From: Desulfobacterales bacterium
Lineage (GTDB): Bacteria; Desulfobacterota; Desulfobacteria; Desulfobacterales; UBA2174
NCBI GenBank assembly: GCA_963668645.2
Contig: CAXXWC010000006.1
Coordinates: 156,386 to 220,385 of the forward strand
Length of the DNA stretch: 64,000 nt
Direction of reading: 5' to 3'
In this document: positions 28,258 to 39,745 of the stretch, one piece after another
Layout: each line of letters begins with the position of its first letter
Numbering within the stretch: the stretch's first letter is position 1
Translations under genes and position numbers: made by a program
Notes under the pieces: generated by a model
Databases searched by the model: none
What the model was told of the DNA's origin: nothing
What the model saw: only the letters and a program-made list of their open reading frames with translations

Positions 28258-29049
28258 TCACACGATGTAGTAGACCGAGGGACCCGTCCCCAGGTTCGGT
28301 TTGCGCCGGATGCTGTAGTTTTCCTTCAGCAGTTGGCTGACCTCGGAATCCGGATCATTCAGATCACCGAAGGTCAGGATCCCTTCCGAAACCTCCACGC
28401 AGGCCGGCAGTTGGCCCACGGCCAGGCGCTCGGCGCAGAAGTTGCATTTTTCCACGACGCCCCGCGTGCGGGTGGGAAACTTCTTGTTGGTTTCCGCGAT
28501 AAAGGGCCGCGGATCACGGAAATTGAAGCTGCGCGAGCCGTAAGGGCAGGCCGCCATACAGAAACGGCAGCCGATGCAGCGGTGAAAGTCCATCATCACG
28601 ATCCCGTCCGATTGGCGCTTGAAGGTCGCCTTGGTCGGGCAGGCACGCACGCAGGACGGATTCTCGCAGTGGTTGCACATTACCGGCAGAGGAATGTGGT
28701 GCAGGTGCTCGCTGAGGTGCTCGCTGGGCTGAAGAGGAAAGGCGTTGTGATAGCGTGTGGCCCAGATCCACTTGATCTCGTGGCGCTTTTCCTTCAACAG
28801 GGGGACGTTGTGCGCCTTGTGGCAGGCTTCCACCATGGCCTCGAGCTGTTCGGCCGATTCGATCTTGCGGGTGTCCACCACCATGGCCCAGTGGGTGGCC
28901 GTCAAGGCATCGGGGCCTTTTTCAACTTGCGCTTTGGGCGCGGCATCGTGGCCGCCGGAGGCCAAGGCCTCGATCACCGGCCCGGCCCCGAGTCCCACCG
29001 CCGCCGAGGCCCCCGCGATCTTGAGAAAATCTCTTCGGCTGGGTTTCAT
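28258..29049 (-). CDS. dsrO: DsrO periplasmic Fe-S protein
   Basis: Tat signal SRRDFLK, CNHCENPSCVRACP, CIGCRFCMAACP and KCNFC. Confidence 0.93.
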   Translation of the reverse strand: MKPSRRDFLKIAGASAAVGLGAGPVIEALASGGHDAAPKAQVEKGPDALTATHWAMVVDTRKIESAEQLEAMVEACHKAHNVPLLKEKRHEIKWIWATRYHNAFPLQPSEHLSEHLHHIPLPVMCNHCENPSCVRACPTKATFKRQSDGIVMMDFHRCIGCRFCMAACPYGSRSFNFRDPRPFIAETNKKFPTRTRGVVEKCNFCAERLAVGQLPACVEVSEGILTFGDLNDPDSEVSQLLKENYSIRRKPNLGTGPSVYYIV

Positions 29050-29430
29050 TGGTCACTCTCCTTCGGATCTTCGATATGGCAATCGTAGCAGTAGGGGTCC
29101 ACCGAGGCGTAGGTGTGGCAGCGGTCGCAGAACTCCTTTTTGTTGCTGTGGCAGTTCAGGCAGGTGTTGGAAAGGCTCATCTCGAACTTCTTGCCCTCTG
29201 CATTGATATAGATCCGCTGCCCTTCGCGCACCACCGTATCACGCCATACGTCCAGCAGTTGCATGTGTTCGGTCCTGATATCGGCCTTGGGCAGAACACA
29301 GGCCCCGGCGGCTTTGGCCGTATCGGTGAGCACCACTTCGGGCGCGGGAGCGGCCTTGCCCAGGTTGTACCAGAAGGGGAAGGTCACCATGACCAGAAAG
29401 ATGACCAGCCCAGCGACGATTTTACCCTTG

Positions 29431-29438
<8 letters not shown>
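29046..29438 (-). CDS. dsrJ: DsrJ triheme cytochrome c
   Basis: N-terminal TM, HMQLL..WRD and three CxxCH motifs (CLNCH, CDRCH, CYDCH). Confidence 0.92.
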
Positions 29439-31065
<1,627 letters not shown>

Positions 31066-31071
31066 CTAAGG

Positions 31072-32106
31072 TCACTCCTTTTCCGCGGCGGCTTCCTCGA
31101 GGGACTTGACCACCGGCAAACCGGCTTCGACCATCTTTTCCCGGAAATCGTCCTCGTATTCTTCGTAGGTATGCACCTTGACCGGGTAGTTCCACGGATT
31201 GACGTGGCGCCGGGCCCGGGTGTCGGTGGTCAGATTGCGCGTGGGGCTCAGAAAAATACCGCCCAGATGCATCAGCTTGCTAAAGGGGAAATAGGCCAGC
31301 AGAACGCTGACGAAAAACAGATGCCCGTAAAATAGACCGCCGATCCCCTTGAGCACGGCAGTTTCGGGAAAGCTGAAAGTCACCAGCCCCATGGTCAAAG
31401 CCTTGATGTCGACGATGTCCACCTTGGAAAAGTAGCGCATCAGAATCCCGGTAAAGGCGATCCCGAAAATCAAAAAGAGGGGGAAAAAGTCGTTGGCCAG
31501 GGAAATGTAGCGCACCGTGGGGATAAAAATCCGCCGCAGGGCCAGGTAGAGCACGGCCGCGGCCAGCACGATGCCCGACATGTAAACCACCGGCAGGCCG
31601 AACTGGAAAAAGGAGTCCACCGCCTCGATCAGCTTGATCGGCAGCGGCACCGGCTCCATGAAAAAACGCAGGTGGCGCACCAGCACGGCGGCAAAGGCAT
31701 AGTGAAACGCCAGGGCACCGAGCCAGAGGAAAATCTCGAGCTGGTAGGTAATCCGTCCGTCCGTCTTGGCCCGCATGCGGGTGTTGCGGAAAAGCGATCG
31801 GAAGGTGACGATCTCCAGGAACATGCGCACCACCACGGCCCCGGTGGTGGTTGGATTATCGATGCTGTTGGGACGGATCCAGGGCAATGTCTTTTGCTGG
31901 CCGCAGGTGGTCGGGATGCGGAACGGCACCGCGGACCGAGCCCAGCTCATTACCCGCCGTGCGAAGCCGATGACAAAGACCAGCAGGGCGGCATAAGGGA
32001 TCAAGACCCCGAAAATCCACTGCAGGCCCACGGCTTCCGTTCCCACGTAGGCAATCAAAAACAGCACGATCACCGCCAGGAAGGAGTACATGTACTTGAC
32101 ATTCAT
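31072..32106 (-). CDS. dsrM: DsrM cytochrome b membrane subunit
   Basis: VPFRIPTTCGQQK, FRSLFRN, PFSKLMH.GG.FLSPTRN and HVNPWN. Confidence 0.95.
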   Translation of the reverse strand: MNVKYMYSFLAVIVLFLIAYVGTEAVGLQWIFGVLIPYAALLVFVIGFARRVMSWARSAVPFRIPTTCGQQKTLPWIRPNSIDNPTTTGAVVVRMFLEIVTFRSLFRNTRMRAKTDGRITYQLEIFLWLGALAFHYAFAAVLVRHLRFFMEPVPLPIKLIEAVDSFFQFGLPVVYMSGIVLAAAVLYLALRRIFIPTVRYISLANDFFPLFLIFGIAFTGILMRYFSKVDIVDIKALTMGLVTFSFPETAVLKGIGGLFYGHLFFVSVLLAYFPFSKLMHLGGIFLSPTRNLTTDTRARRHVNPWNYPVKVHTYEEYEDDFREKMVEAGLPVVKSLEEAAAEKE

Positions 32107-32137
32107 CGAACCTTACCTCTCCACCGGAAAATGTTGG

Positions 32138-32683
32138 TTAAACGATTCCCTTCGGCTCTGCGGCCGACTCTTGGACCGGTGTTTCCGCCACCAGGCCCGC
32201 ACGCGCAAAGGCGTGATGGATGCGGTTCTTTTCCAGATCGACCTTGAGCTGATACAAGGTTTCACGGCATTTTAGATAGACGTCGAAAGCCACCAGAAGC
32301 ATCGCGTCGATGCGGTCCTCGATCTCTCGCAGGTCTGCAAGGGCCTGCCCATCGGTGGGATCTTTGTGGCAAATCCCGCGAATCAGCGGCTTGAGTGCAA
32401 GGACAAAGGCCGTGGCTTGGGTCGGGCTGAAAGACTGAACAGCGCGGATGCGAATGATCGGATCCAGGGCCTGGTTGAACGCCTCGGGACCGGCCCCCTG
32501 CACCAAGGCATCGAAGGCGGCCTTGAGTCCTTCGAGGGTCGTCTTGCCCACCGGATTGTGAAACGGGTCGCGATTGGCTTTGAGAAAGCGGGCGGTGTCT
32601 GGCGGATAGGTGGCGACCACCAAGTCGAACCATTTTTTGACGATGGTGGAGTTGTTGGCCGCCAAACGCTCAACAAGTTTCAT
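32138..32683 (-). CDS. RsbRD N-terminal domain-containing protein
   Basis: W...V..TYP, DPFHNPVG and IIRIRAVQSFSP.QA; family commonly found upstream of dsrM. Confidence 0.8.
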   Translation of the reverse strand: MKLVERLAANNSTIVKKWFDLVVATYPPDTARFLKANRDPFHNPVGKTTLEGLKAAFDALVQGAGPEAFNQALDPIIRIRAVQSFSPTQATAFVLALKPLIRGICHKDPTDGQALADLREIEDRIDAMLLVAFDVYLKCRETLYQLKVDLEKNRIHHAFARAGLVAETPVQESAAEPKGIV

Positions 32684-32797
32684 CGATGACCGCTCCCACC
32701 TCCCGGCGCAGACCGCCCAGAGGGGTCCGGGGTAAAAAAATTGTTCCAAGCTGACAGGCAGTTCGGTAGAATTACCAGGATTCGTTCGAAGTTCAAT

Positions 32798-32826
32798 TTT
32801 CTAAACAAGTTCCCAAATCCTGTCAA
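32798..32826 (-). promoter_or_regulatory. putative sigma70 promoter of the rsbRD-dsrMKJOP operon
   Basis: TTGACA-17 nt-TAGAAA on the minus strand. Confidence 0.5.
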
Positions 32827-32998
32827 GGGTAAATCATCCGGCCCGAGGGCGCCTCAGCCTCGGGGTGGGGCAGCGTAAGGTGCTGTGTCAAACGGTCCCG
32901 CCGGCAAGCACTATATGGCCCGCAACGCACCGATTGGCGGGTAGGAAGACGTCTTTTTCCAGAAAGAGAGAGAGAGGCGGAAAACTCGACCAATCCGG

Positions 32999-33427
32999 TT
33001 ATCCGTGTTGGAGATAGGCCTTTTTCCAGGGGCTGGCCGCCATCTGGCGGGCGGTGGTCAAGGCTTTATAAAGCGCGCCGACGGCCAGTTCCGCGCAGTG
33101 AAAGTGATCCGGGGGAAGGGTTTGCAAATAGGCGGCCACCTTTTCCGGGGTGACTTCCCAGGCCCTTTCCAGGGGCTTGCCTTCAATCATGGCGACCACC
33201 GTGTTGGCGCAGGCATTGGTGTGCAGGCAACCGTTCGTCTCGTAGGCCGCATTACGGATCAGACCGTTGCGCACGATCAAAAAGAGTTCCACCGTATCGC
33301 CGCAATCGCCTGTATTTTTTCCGTATCCATCCGGGCTGGCAAGTGTTTCGCGCTTGTCGGTACGAAAGGCCATCTCGAGGAAGTGGATGGAATGGTCCTG
33401 CCAAAAATCGAATTGGTTTTCTGCCAT
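32999..33427 (-). CDS. IscU/NifU-N-like Fe-S scaffold protein
   Basis: GDCGDT, GC..T.AC and HCAELA..AL..A; start placed at MAENQ. Confidence 0.82.
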   Translation of the reverse strand: MAENQFDFWQDHSIHFLEMAFRTDKRETLASPDGYGKNTGDCGDTVELFLIVRNGLIRNAAYETNGCLHTNACANTVVAMIEGKPLERAWEVTPEKVAAYLQTLPPDHFHCAELAVGALYKALTTARQMAASPWKKAYLQHG

Positions 33428-33498
33428 ACGGTAAGGCTCCGGATTAGTGGGCAACAAATCATCACCGGCGCCAAGCATATGAAGCGGCGCACGGATTG

Positions 33499-34848
33499 TC
33501 AATCTCCCGCGTCCGCAGGCAAAACCGTTTCTTTCTGATTCTGAATCCGCTTTTGGATATGCAACCTCAAGGTATTGCGATGAATGCCGAGCAACGCCGC
33601 TGCCCGGCTGCGGTTTCCCCCGCTTTGGGCCAGTGCCTGGTCGATCATCTGCCAGCGAAATTGGTCGCTGGCGCGATGCCAGTCCATCGACGGACCCTCG
33701 GCGCAAGCCGGATCGAGATGGGTCGAAATAGTGACTTCGTCTATGACCTGCCTGTCGGTAAGGGTCCAAAGCCGATGAATTACACTCTTGAGCTGCCTTA
33801 CGTTGCCGGGCCAACGATAGCCTTCCAGCAGGTTTCGGCCCCCGCTGGTAATCGAAGGGCGCACGATGCCGCCTTTGCCAACAAGCCGGTGGAAAAAGTA
33901 ATCCACCAACAAACGAATGTCGCCGGCGCGGCGCCGCAAAGGCGGCATGTCCACCGCCAGGACCTTGACCCGGTAATAAAGATCCTCGCGCAGCCTCCCG
34001 CAGCGCATGAGCTGGTACAGATCCTGGTTGCTGGTGGCCACATAGCGCACATCGGCCCTGATGACCCGGTTGCTGCCAAGCGGCGCAAAGCATTTATCCT
34101 GCAAAATTCGCAGTAGCTTTGACTGCATGGCAAGATCCATGGTGTCGATGTCATCGATGAGCAGCGTGCCCTGCTGGGCGCTTTCAAGGCATCCGCAGCG
34201 ATCATTGATGGCACCGGTGAAAGCCCCGCGCCGGTGGCCAAACAGGTTGCTTTCCATCAGGGACGACGGTCCCTGGCCGCAGTGCATAACGATAAAAGGA
34301 CCGTTACAGCGGGCACTGGCCGCATGAATCGCTCTGGCGGCCAATTCCTTGCCGGTGCCGGTTTCCCCCTGGATCAAGACCGTTTCATCGGCGGCCGCGA
34401 TACGCCGTATCCGATCGAAAACATCCAGCATGATCTGACTGGCGGCCACCATGCGGTGCAGCCCCGGAAAGGCGCCGTCATCGCCGGTTCGGGTATTTGC
34501 GGATCCGGAACAATCGAGGGCCTGGTGCAATCGTTTTTCAGCCTCCGGATCGCACAACCGGACCTGGAACGTTTTGGACGGCAAGGATCTTGCGAAAGAC
34601 CCGGCACCGTTGATCACGGCAACGATTCGCCGGGGCATGGTGCAGGATCCGGCTTCAAAAAGGTGCGCCAGCATCGCCGGATCGGCCACCAGGGCATGGA
34701 TGGGATTATGGTTCAACAGATCGCGAATGCTGCCTTGAGTGCTGGCGAACATCACCGGCCTCGGCACGAATTCCATCATCTGACGGATGTGCTGCTGCGC
34801 GCCAGGATCGGTAAGCGCCACCAGAATCCATGATTTGTCAGGCTCCAA
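33499..34848 (-). CDS. sigma54-dependent activator with degenerate receiver-like N-terminus
   Basis: GETGTGKE, LFGHRRGAFTGA, REDLYYR, WPGNVRQL and HTH; TTG start uncertain. Confidence 0.85.
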   Translation of the reverse strand: MEPDKSWILVALTDPGAQQHIRQMMEFVPRPVMFASTQGSIRDLLNHNPIHALVADPAMLAHLFEAGSCTMPRRIVAVINGAGSFARSLPSKTFQVRLCDPEAEKRLHQALDCSGSANTRTGDDGAFPGLHRMVAASQIMLDVFDRIRRIAAADETVLIQGETGTGKELAARAIHAASARCNGPFIVMHCGQGPSSLMESNLFGHRRGAFTGAINDRCGCLESAQQGTLLIDDIDTMDLAMQSKLLRILQDKCFAPLGSNRVIRADVRYVATSNQDLYQLMRCGRLREDLYYRVKVLAVDMPPLRRRAGDIRLLVDYFFHRLVGKGGIVRPSITSGGRNLLEGYRWPGNVRQLKSVIHRLWTLTDRQVIDEVTISTHLDPACAEGPSMDWHRASDQFRWQMIDQALAQSGGNRSRAAALLGIHRNTLRLHIQKRIQNQKETVLPADAGD

Positions 34849-35224
34849 GGCTTTTCACCACTTTAAAGAAAGTCACAAAAGGGGCGTCGATGCTTTCGGA
34901 AAAATAGAGACCGGCTGACCATGAGCGTAAAAATAACTTACGAAATCAGCAAGTTCAATTCGATAATATTAAAATACAAACCACATAACGCCATCTGAGT
35001 CAACCGTTTACTAATTAAATATATTTTTTTAATTATTCATAATTTTAATAGCCATTGAAGAGCCTCATACAGGATAAATTCCCCTGTCGGAGATTCACTG
35101 GTACCATGTTTTTATAATAGCATATATACAGCTACAGCAATGACGTAGGGTAAAAGCAGGTCTCGTCTGAGTGGGGCGAGATCAACCGCCTGGAGGGGAT
35201 TAAAACAATGGGAGTGCAAAAAAA

Positions 35225-35258
35225 TACGACCGATCAGTCGGCGTTCTGATCGGTCGTA
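35225..35258. repeat. 13-bp perfect inverted repeat
   Basis: TACGACCGATCAG-N8-CTGATCGGTCGTA. Confidence 0.6.
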
Positions 35259-35607
35259 ACGGAGGAGAACAGATGATGATGTTGGTTTCGCAATAAAGTG
35301 ACTGCAAGATGCTTGCCAAGCATCTCAAAACTTCCAGAAAAAAAGACAACTATTCGATATCTTGGAATATCGCACCAAACCAAACGGTTTATAAGTCCAT
35401 TGCCGGTGACTCGGGATTCCACTCTGAATGCTGCATCGCCTTGTTCGAGGTTCAAGAAATTGAACCGTCGTGCCGGATATTTCACGAATGCCTTTAAATA
35501 CAAATAGATACGCAATCTCCAGACGGGTTTAAAATCTTGAACGGCTTTCGAGCACATGGCCATTGCAGCCCTTACACCCTGTTTTTATTGAAAAATCTAT
35601 GAGTTTA

Positions 35608-35645
35608 GAAAATTGAACGCCCCCCGCTAATCAAAGCGGAGGGCG
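35608..35645 (-). terminator. probable terminator of dctQMP
   Basis: Minus strand CGCCCTCCGCT-N6-AGCGGGGGGCG followed by TTCAATTTTC. Confidence 0.55.
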
Positions 35646-35668
35646 AAGCTTGCGGCTGCGCCAGGCGA

Positions 35669-36844
35669 TTAGGCCTTGAGCGAAAACTTGTCGGCGATGA
35701 CATCGTAGTAAGCCTTTTCCGAAACCGATCCCCAGACCCCCACCTGGGCCTTGAATTTCTTGAAGGCATCATGCACTTTGCGCGCCAAGGGGTCCTTGTT
35801 GGCCTCTTCTTCCAGCACCTCGGTGGCCAATTTGCGCAATCCTCCGAGCAAATCTTCCGGGAACCGGCGCAACTGGACCTTGTGCTGGGTAATCAGCTCC
35901 TGGAGCGCCGCACCGTTGCCCGCCTCGAATTCACTCAGGCTCCAGAGGTTGGTCTCCATGGCCACCGCGTCAAGAATCGCCTGAAGATCCTTGGGCAAAG
36001 ACTCGTAGGCTTTTTTGTTGAAAAGCACTTCGAGGGTGGTACCCGGTTCGTGCCAGCCGGGGTAGTAGTAGTACTCGGCAGCCTTGTAAAAGCCCATGCG
36101 CAAATCGTGCATCGGGCCGACCCACTCGGTGGCGTCGATCACCCCGCGCTCCAGGGAGGTGAAGATTTCTCCACCGGGAAGAAGAACCACGGTGCCACCG
36201 GCGCCGGCCACCACTTTGCCGCCTAGGCCGGGGATACGCATCTTGAGGCCCTTGTAGTCGTCCAGGCTGTTTATCTCCTTGCGAAACCAGCCGCCCATCT
36301 GCACCCCGGTATTGCCCTGGGGCCGGGGGATGATATTGAAAGGCGCGTAGACCTCTTCCCAAAGATCGAGCCCGCCGCCACTGTAAAACCAGGCGTTGTT
36401 GCCCTGAGCGTTGAGCCCGAAGGGCACGGCGGCAAACCACTGGGAGGCGGGGGTCTTTCCGGCCCAGTAATAGGCCGCCCCGCTTCCGCACTCGGCCGTA
36501 CCGCCCGAGACCGCGTCGAATGTGTTCAACGCCGGAACCAGTTCGCCGGCCGCAAACACCTTGATGTTGATCCGCCCGTCGGTGGCCTCCTTGACCCGTC
36601 TGGCGAAACGCTCGCTGCCGGTTTGCAGTACGGGCAGGTTTGGCGGCCAGGTGGTGACCATCTTCCACTCGTAGGCCTTTTTGGTGATCACGGCGGCCGC
36701 CTTCTGTTTGCAGGCTTCCAGCTCCTTTTTCAAAGCCTCGACCTGCTGGGTGTCTTCCTTGGCGCCGCAGCCGACCAGGCCGGCGGTGGCCGCCGCGGCG
36801 GCCGCAGCAGGGGCCGCCTTCTTGAGAAACTCGCGTCTTTTCAT
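35669..36844 (-). CDS. dctP: TRAP solute-binding protein DctP (TakP-like), Tat/lipoprotein signal
   Basis: KRREFLK, LVGC lipobox, WKMVTTWP, GNTGVQMGGWF, KMRIPG and YYPGWHEPG. Confidence 0.92.
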   Translation of the reverse strand: MKRREFLKKAAPAAAAAAATAGLVGCGAKEDTQQVEALKKELEACKQKAAAVITKKAYEWKMVTTWPPNLPVLQTGSERFARRVKEATDGRINIKVFAAGELVPALNTFDAVSGGTAECGSGAAYYWAGKTPASQWFAAVPFGLNAQGNNAWFYSGGGLDLWEEVYAPFNIIPRPQGNTGVQMGGWFRKEINSLDDYKGLKMRIPGLGGKVVAGAGGTVVLLPGGEIFTSLERGVIDATEWVGPMHDLRMGFYKAAEYYYYPGWHEPGTTLEVLFNKKAYESLPKDLQAILDAVAMETNLWSLSEFEAGNGAALQELITQHKVQLRRFPEDLLGGLRKLATEVLEEEANKDPLARKVHDAFKKFKAQVGVWGSVSEKAYYDVIADKFSLKA

Positions 36845-36952
36845 GATGTTTGGCTCCTTTCACGGGGTTAACGTTCGACAAGACTGGATGAATCCCGTAC
36901 AGCACGCTCGACCCAACCACAGTCACCGGGCAGACGCACTTTGCACTCTGCG

Positions 36953-38278
36953 CTACCTGCCGAAAACCACCTGGGGCAGCCAGGTGACCAGCACCGGAAA
37001 AAAGACGACGATCAAAAGGCCGATGAGTTGAACCACAACAAAGGGAACAATGCCCCGGTATATGTGGCCGGTGGTAATCTGCGGGGGGGTTACGGCCTTG
37101 AGATAGAACAGGGAAAAACCAAAGGGCGGTGTCATGAACGAGGTCTGGAGATTGACGGCAATCAGGATGCAGAACCAGGCCGGATCGAAGCCAAACTCGA
37201 TCATGATCGGTGCCAGAACCGGCACGTGGATGAAAGTGATTTCGATAAAATCAAGAAAAAAGCCGATCACGAAGATCAGCGCCATGACGATGAACAAAAC
37301 AAAGTTGGCCCCGTGGTTGGCCGCAATGCCGCCCAAAAACGCGCGTACGAGGCTGTCTCCGCCCAACCCCCTGAATACCAGGCCGAACGCCGCCGCCCCC
37401 ACCAGGATGATGAACACCATACAGGTCAGTTGAAGGGTCGCCTGCATCACGTCGCGCAGGATATTCAACGTGAACTTGCGGTTGGCAACGGTAAGGACCG
37501 TGGCCCCCACCGCCCCGACCCCGGCCGCCTCGGTGGGCGAGGCGATGCCTGCGAAAATCGATCCGAGCACGGCGACCATCAGGAAAAGCGGCGGCACCAG
37601 AGCCCGCATCACACGCCGCGCCAGAACCTTGGGGGGCATGGCGGCCAGTTCGGCCCTGGGAATAGGAGGCGCCAATTGAGGCTTCAGGAAGGTGATGACG
37701 AAAATGTAAAGCATGTATAGGCACACCAGCACCATACCGGGCAGGACGGCGCCCATGAACAGGTCCCCCACCGGGACGCCGACGATGTCGCCGATGAGCA
37801 CCAGCACGATACTCGGCGGAATGATCTGCCCCAGGGTCCCCGATGCCGAAACCGTGCCGGTGACCAATTCCTTTTGGTAGTTGCGCTTCAGCATGGTGGG
37901 CACCGCCAGCAGGCCCATGGTGACCACCGTGGCCCCCACGATGCCGGTGGAGGCGCCGAGCAAGGCACCGACCACCACCACCGAAATGGCAAGACCGCCG
38001 CGGATGCGGCCGAAGAGCAGACCCATGGTGTCGAGCAGCTCCTCGGCCAGACCGCTGCGTTCGAGCATAACCCCCATGAACACGAAAAGGGGTACGGCCA
38101 GAAGCGTGACGTTGGACATCACCCCCCAGATCCGCAGGGGCAGCAGGTTGAAAAAACCCCAGCCGAATCCGATCAGACCGAACGCCAGGGCGGTGCCCAT
38201 CAGGGTGAAGGTCACGGGAAATCCGAACATCAACAGGATGGTCAGGGCCAGAAACATCCAGGCGGGCAAATACTCCAT
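36953..38278 (-). CDS. dctM: TRAP large permease DctM
   Basis: AVPLFVFMG, ASTGIVGA, GTLGQIIPPS and TSFMTPPFG. Confidence 0.93.
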   Translation of the reverse strand: MEYLPAWMFLALTILLMFGFPVTFTLMGTALAFGLIGFGWGFFNLLPLRIWGVMSNVTLLAVPLFVFMGVMLERSGLAEELLDTMGLLFGRIRGGLAISVVVVGALLGASTGIVGATVVTMGLLAVPTMLKRNYQKELVTGTVSASGTLGQIIPPSIVLVLIGDIVGVPVGDLFMGAVLPGMVLVCLYMLYIFVITFLKPQLAPPIPRAELAAMPPKVLARRVMRALVPPLFLMVAVLGSIFAGIASPTEAAGVGAVGATVLTVANRKFTLNILRDVMQATLQLTCMVFIILVGAAAFGLVFRGLGGDSLVRAFLGGIAANHGANFVLFIVMALIFVIGFFLDFIEITFIHVPVLAPIMIEFGFDPAWFCILIAVNLQTSFMTPPFGFSLFYLKAVTPPQITTGHIYRGIVPFVVVQLIGLLIVVFFPVLVTWLPQVVFGR

Positions 38279-38811
38279 CAGGCCCGCTCCTCTTCGTCCA
38301 GGGGCCGGCCGACGATGGTCGCCAGGCTCCTGATCCCCAGAGAAAGCCCCTGGAGCAGCACCAGGACAAAGCCTGCGGGAATGCAGGCTTTGAGAATCCA
38401 CCGATAAGGGATGCCCCCCGGGTCGGGGGATCCTTCCAGCACCTTAAAGGCGTTGTAGGCAAAGCCGGTGGAAGTGATCAGAATCATCAAACAGCCGGGA
38501 ATCAAAAAAAAGAGCACGCCCATGAGATCGACCCAGGCTCTGGCCTTGGTCCCCATGCGCTGGTAAAAGATATCCACCCGCACGTGGCCGTCTTTACAGA
38601 GAGTGAAGCCGGCGCCCATGAGAAAGATAAACGCGAACAGATGCCATTCGAGTTCCTGGGTGAATACGAAACTGGTCCTGAAGGCGTAGCGCATCACCAC
38701 GTCGGTAAAAACCACGACAACGACAAGCCCTGTGGCCCAGGCCACTTTGCGCCCGACCCAGAGATTGAACCGGTCGATGCCGCGGCAAAACGATCTCAAA
38801 AAGGTGCCCAT
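38278..38811 (-). CDS. dctQ: TRAP small permease DctQ
   Basis: V.MRY, ELEWHLF and HVRVDIFY; four TM segments. Confidence 0.92.
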   Translation of the reverse strand: MGTFLRSFCRGIDRFNLWVGRKVAWATGLVVVVVFTDVVMRYAFRTSFVFTQELEWHLFAFIFLMGAGFTLCKDGHVRVDIFYQRMGTKARAWVDLMGVLFFLIPGCLMILITSTGFAYNAFKVLEGSPDPGGIPYRWILKACIPAGFVLVLLQGLSLGIRSLATIVGRPLDEEERA

Positions 38812-39070
38812 CCAAAACTCCCTCGAGGTTGAAGCCAAGGCGCCGAACGTAATTCATATGATGCTGACCCATCATTATCTGGTCTTGCCTCGGCAAGTAA
38901 ACAGCTCTAATACATGCCCGTGCGGCGCTGGTCAAGCGCGAGCCGAATATTTTTGAGTCGCTTTGAAAAATCGAGATTCCTTAGTGCTGTCGATCTTGCC
39001 CGCAGCGCAAGCGCGACACCGGAATCCGGAGAGTCAAAACCGCCGGGAGAAAACGGAGCGATTCGAGGCG

Positions 39071-39745
39071 CTAAAGCCGGGCGGCGTCAAACCACCGGCC
39101 ATGGGCCGGGTGGATACGGCGGGCGCCAGCGTCCTGCAGGCGCCGCCATTGGCGTCGAATCAACGCCACACTATCGCCGAAGGGCGGCGCGTGCGAGGCC
39201 AGGCCGAAAGGGACAAGGTTGACCGCCAGGTCGCCGACCATGGCGTCACCGGCTTCGCTAAGCACGCTGAGGGAGCCGGGGGTGTGGCCGGGGGTGTGCA
39301 GGACGCGGCCTGCAATCCCGAAAGGTGCCAGAGAAATTTCCTGCTCCACCAGAATTTCGGCCTTCACCGGCTCGAAACGATACCAGCGCCGGACAAGGCG
39401 CGGATGGCGCCGGGCCAGGTCGATCAAGATTTGGGTATGACGCCTCAGGCCAGGGGGCAGAACGATGCGCCCATCGGCCAGCCAGGAGGCCTCCAGGCGG
39501 TGAACGGCCACCGGGCAGTCGCAGCGGCTCCGGATGGCCGCAAGGCTGCCCACATGATCGAAGTGGGCATGGGTAATCACGATCAGGCGAAGATCGGGCG
39601 GGCGGCAGTCCCAAGCGGCCAACTTGCGCCAAAAATGGCCGGCCCATCCGCGGTTGCCCGCATCCACCAGGACCCATGCCCGATCCTGACCCAGCAGGTA
39701 GCAATTGGTGATGCCAAGGCGTATCCGGCGAACGATGGGCAGCAT
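39071..39745 (-). CDS. MBL-fold metallo-hydrolase
   Basis: LVDAG, THAHFDH, TPGHTPGS, GD and PAHG. Confidence 0.88.
   Translation of the reverse strand: MLPIVRRIRLGITNCYLLGQDRAWVLVDAGNRGWAGHFWRKLAAWDCRPPDLRLIVITHAHFDHVGSLAAIRSRCDCPVAVHRLEASWLADGRIVLPPGLRRHTQILIDLARRHPRLVRRWYRFEPVKAEILVEQEISLAPFGIAGRVLHTPGHTPGSLSVLSEAGDAMVGDLAVNLVPFGLASHAPPFGDSVALIRRQWRRLQDAGARRIHPAHGRWFDAARL

Noticed and set aside
32789..32808. Rex operator upstream of the dsr operon
   Set aside because: Poor match to TTGTGAA-N4-TTCACAA; dyad spacing differs.
33428..34093. N-terminal extension of the IscU-like ORF (364 aa)
   Set aside because: Overlaps the bEBP in another frame; the IscU-like sequence begins at MAENQ.
35146..35193. 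Assignment to a named riboswitch (nhaA-I, ZTP or c-di-GMP)
   Set aside because: Only short partial similarities, and no cognate downstream gene; kept only as an unassigned candidate structure.
35234..35563. 109-aa - strand ORF in the AT-rich gap
   Set aside because: No motif, atypical composition and no clear RBS; cannot be supported as a gene.
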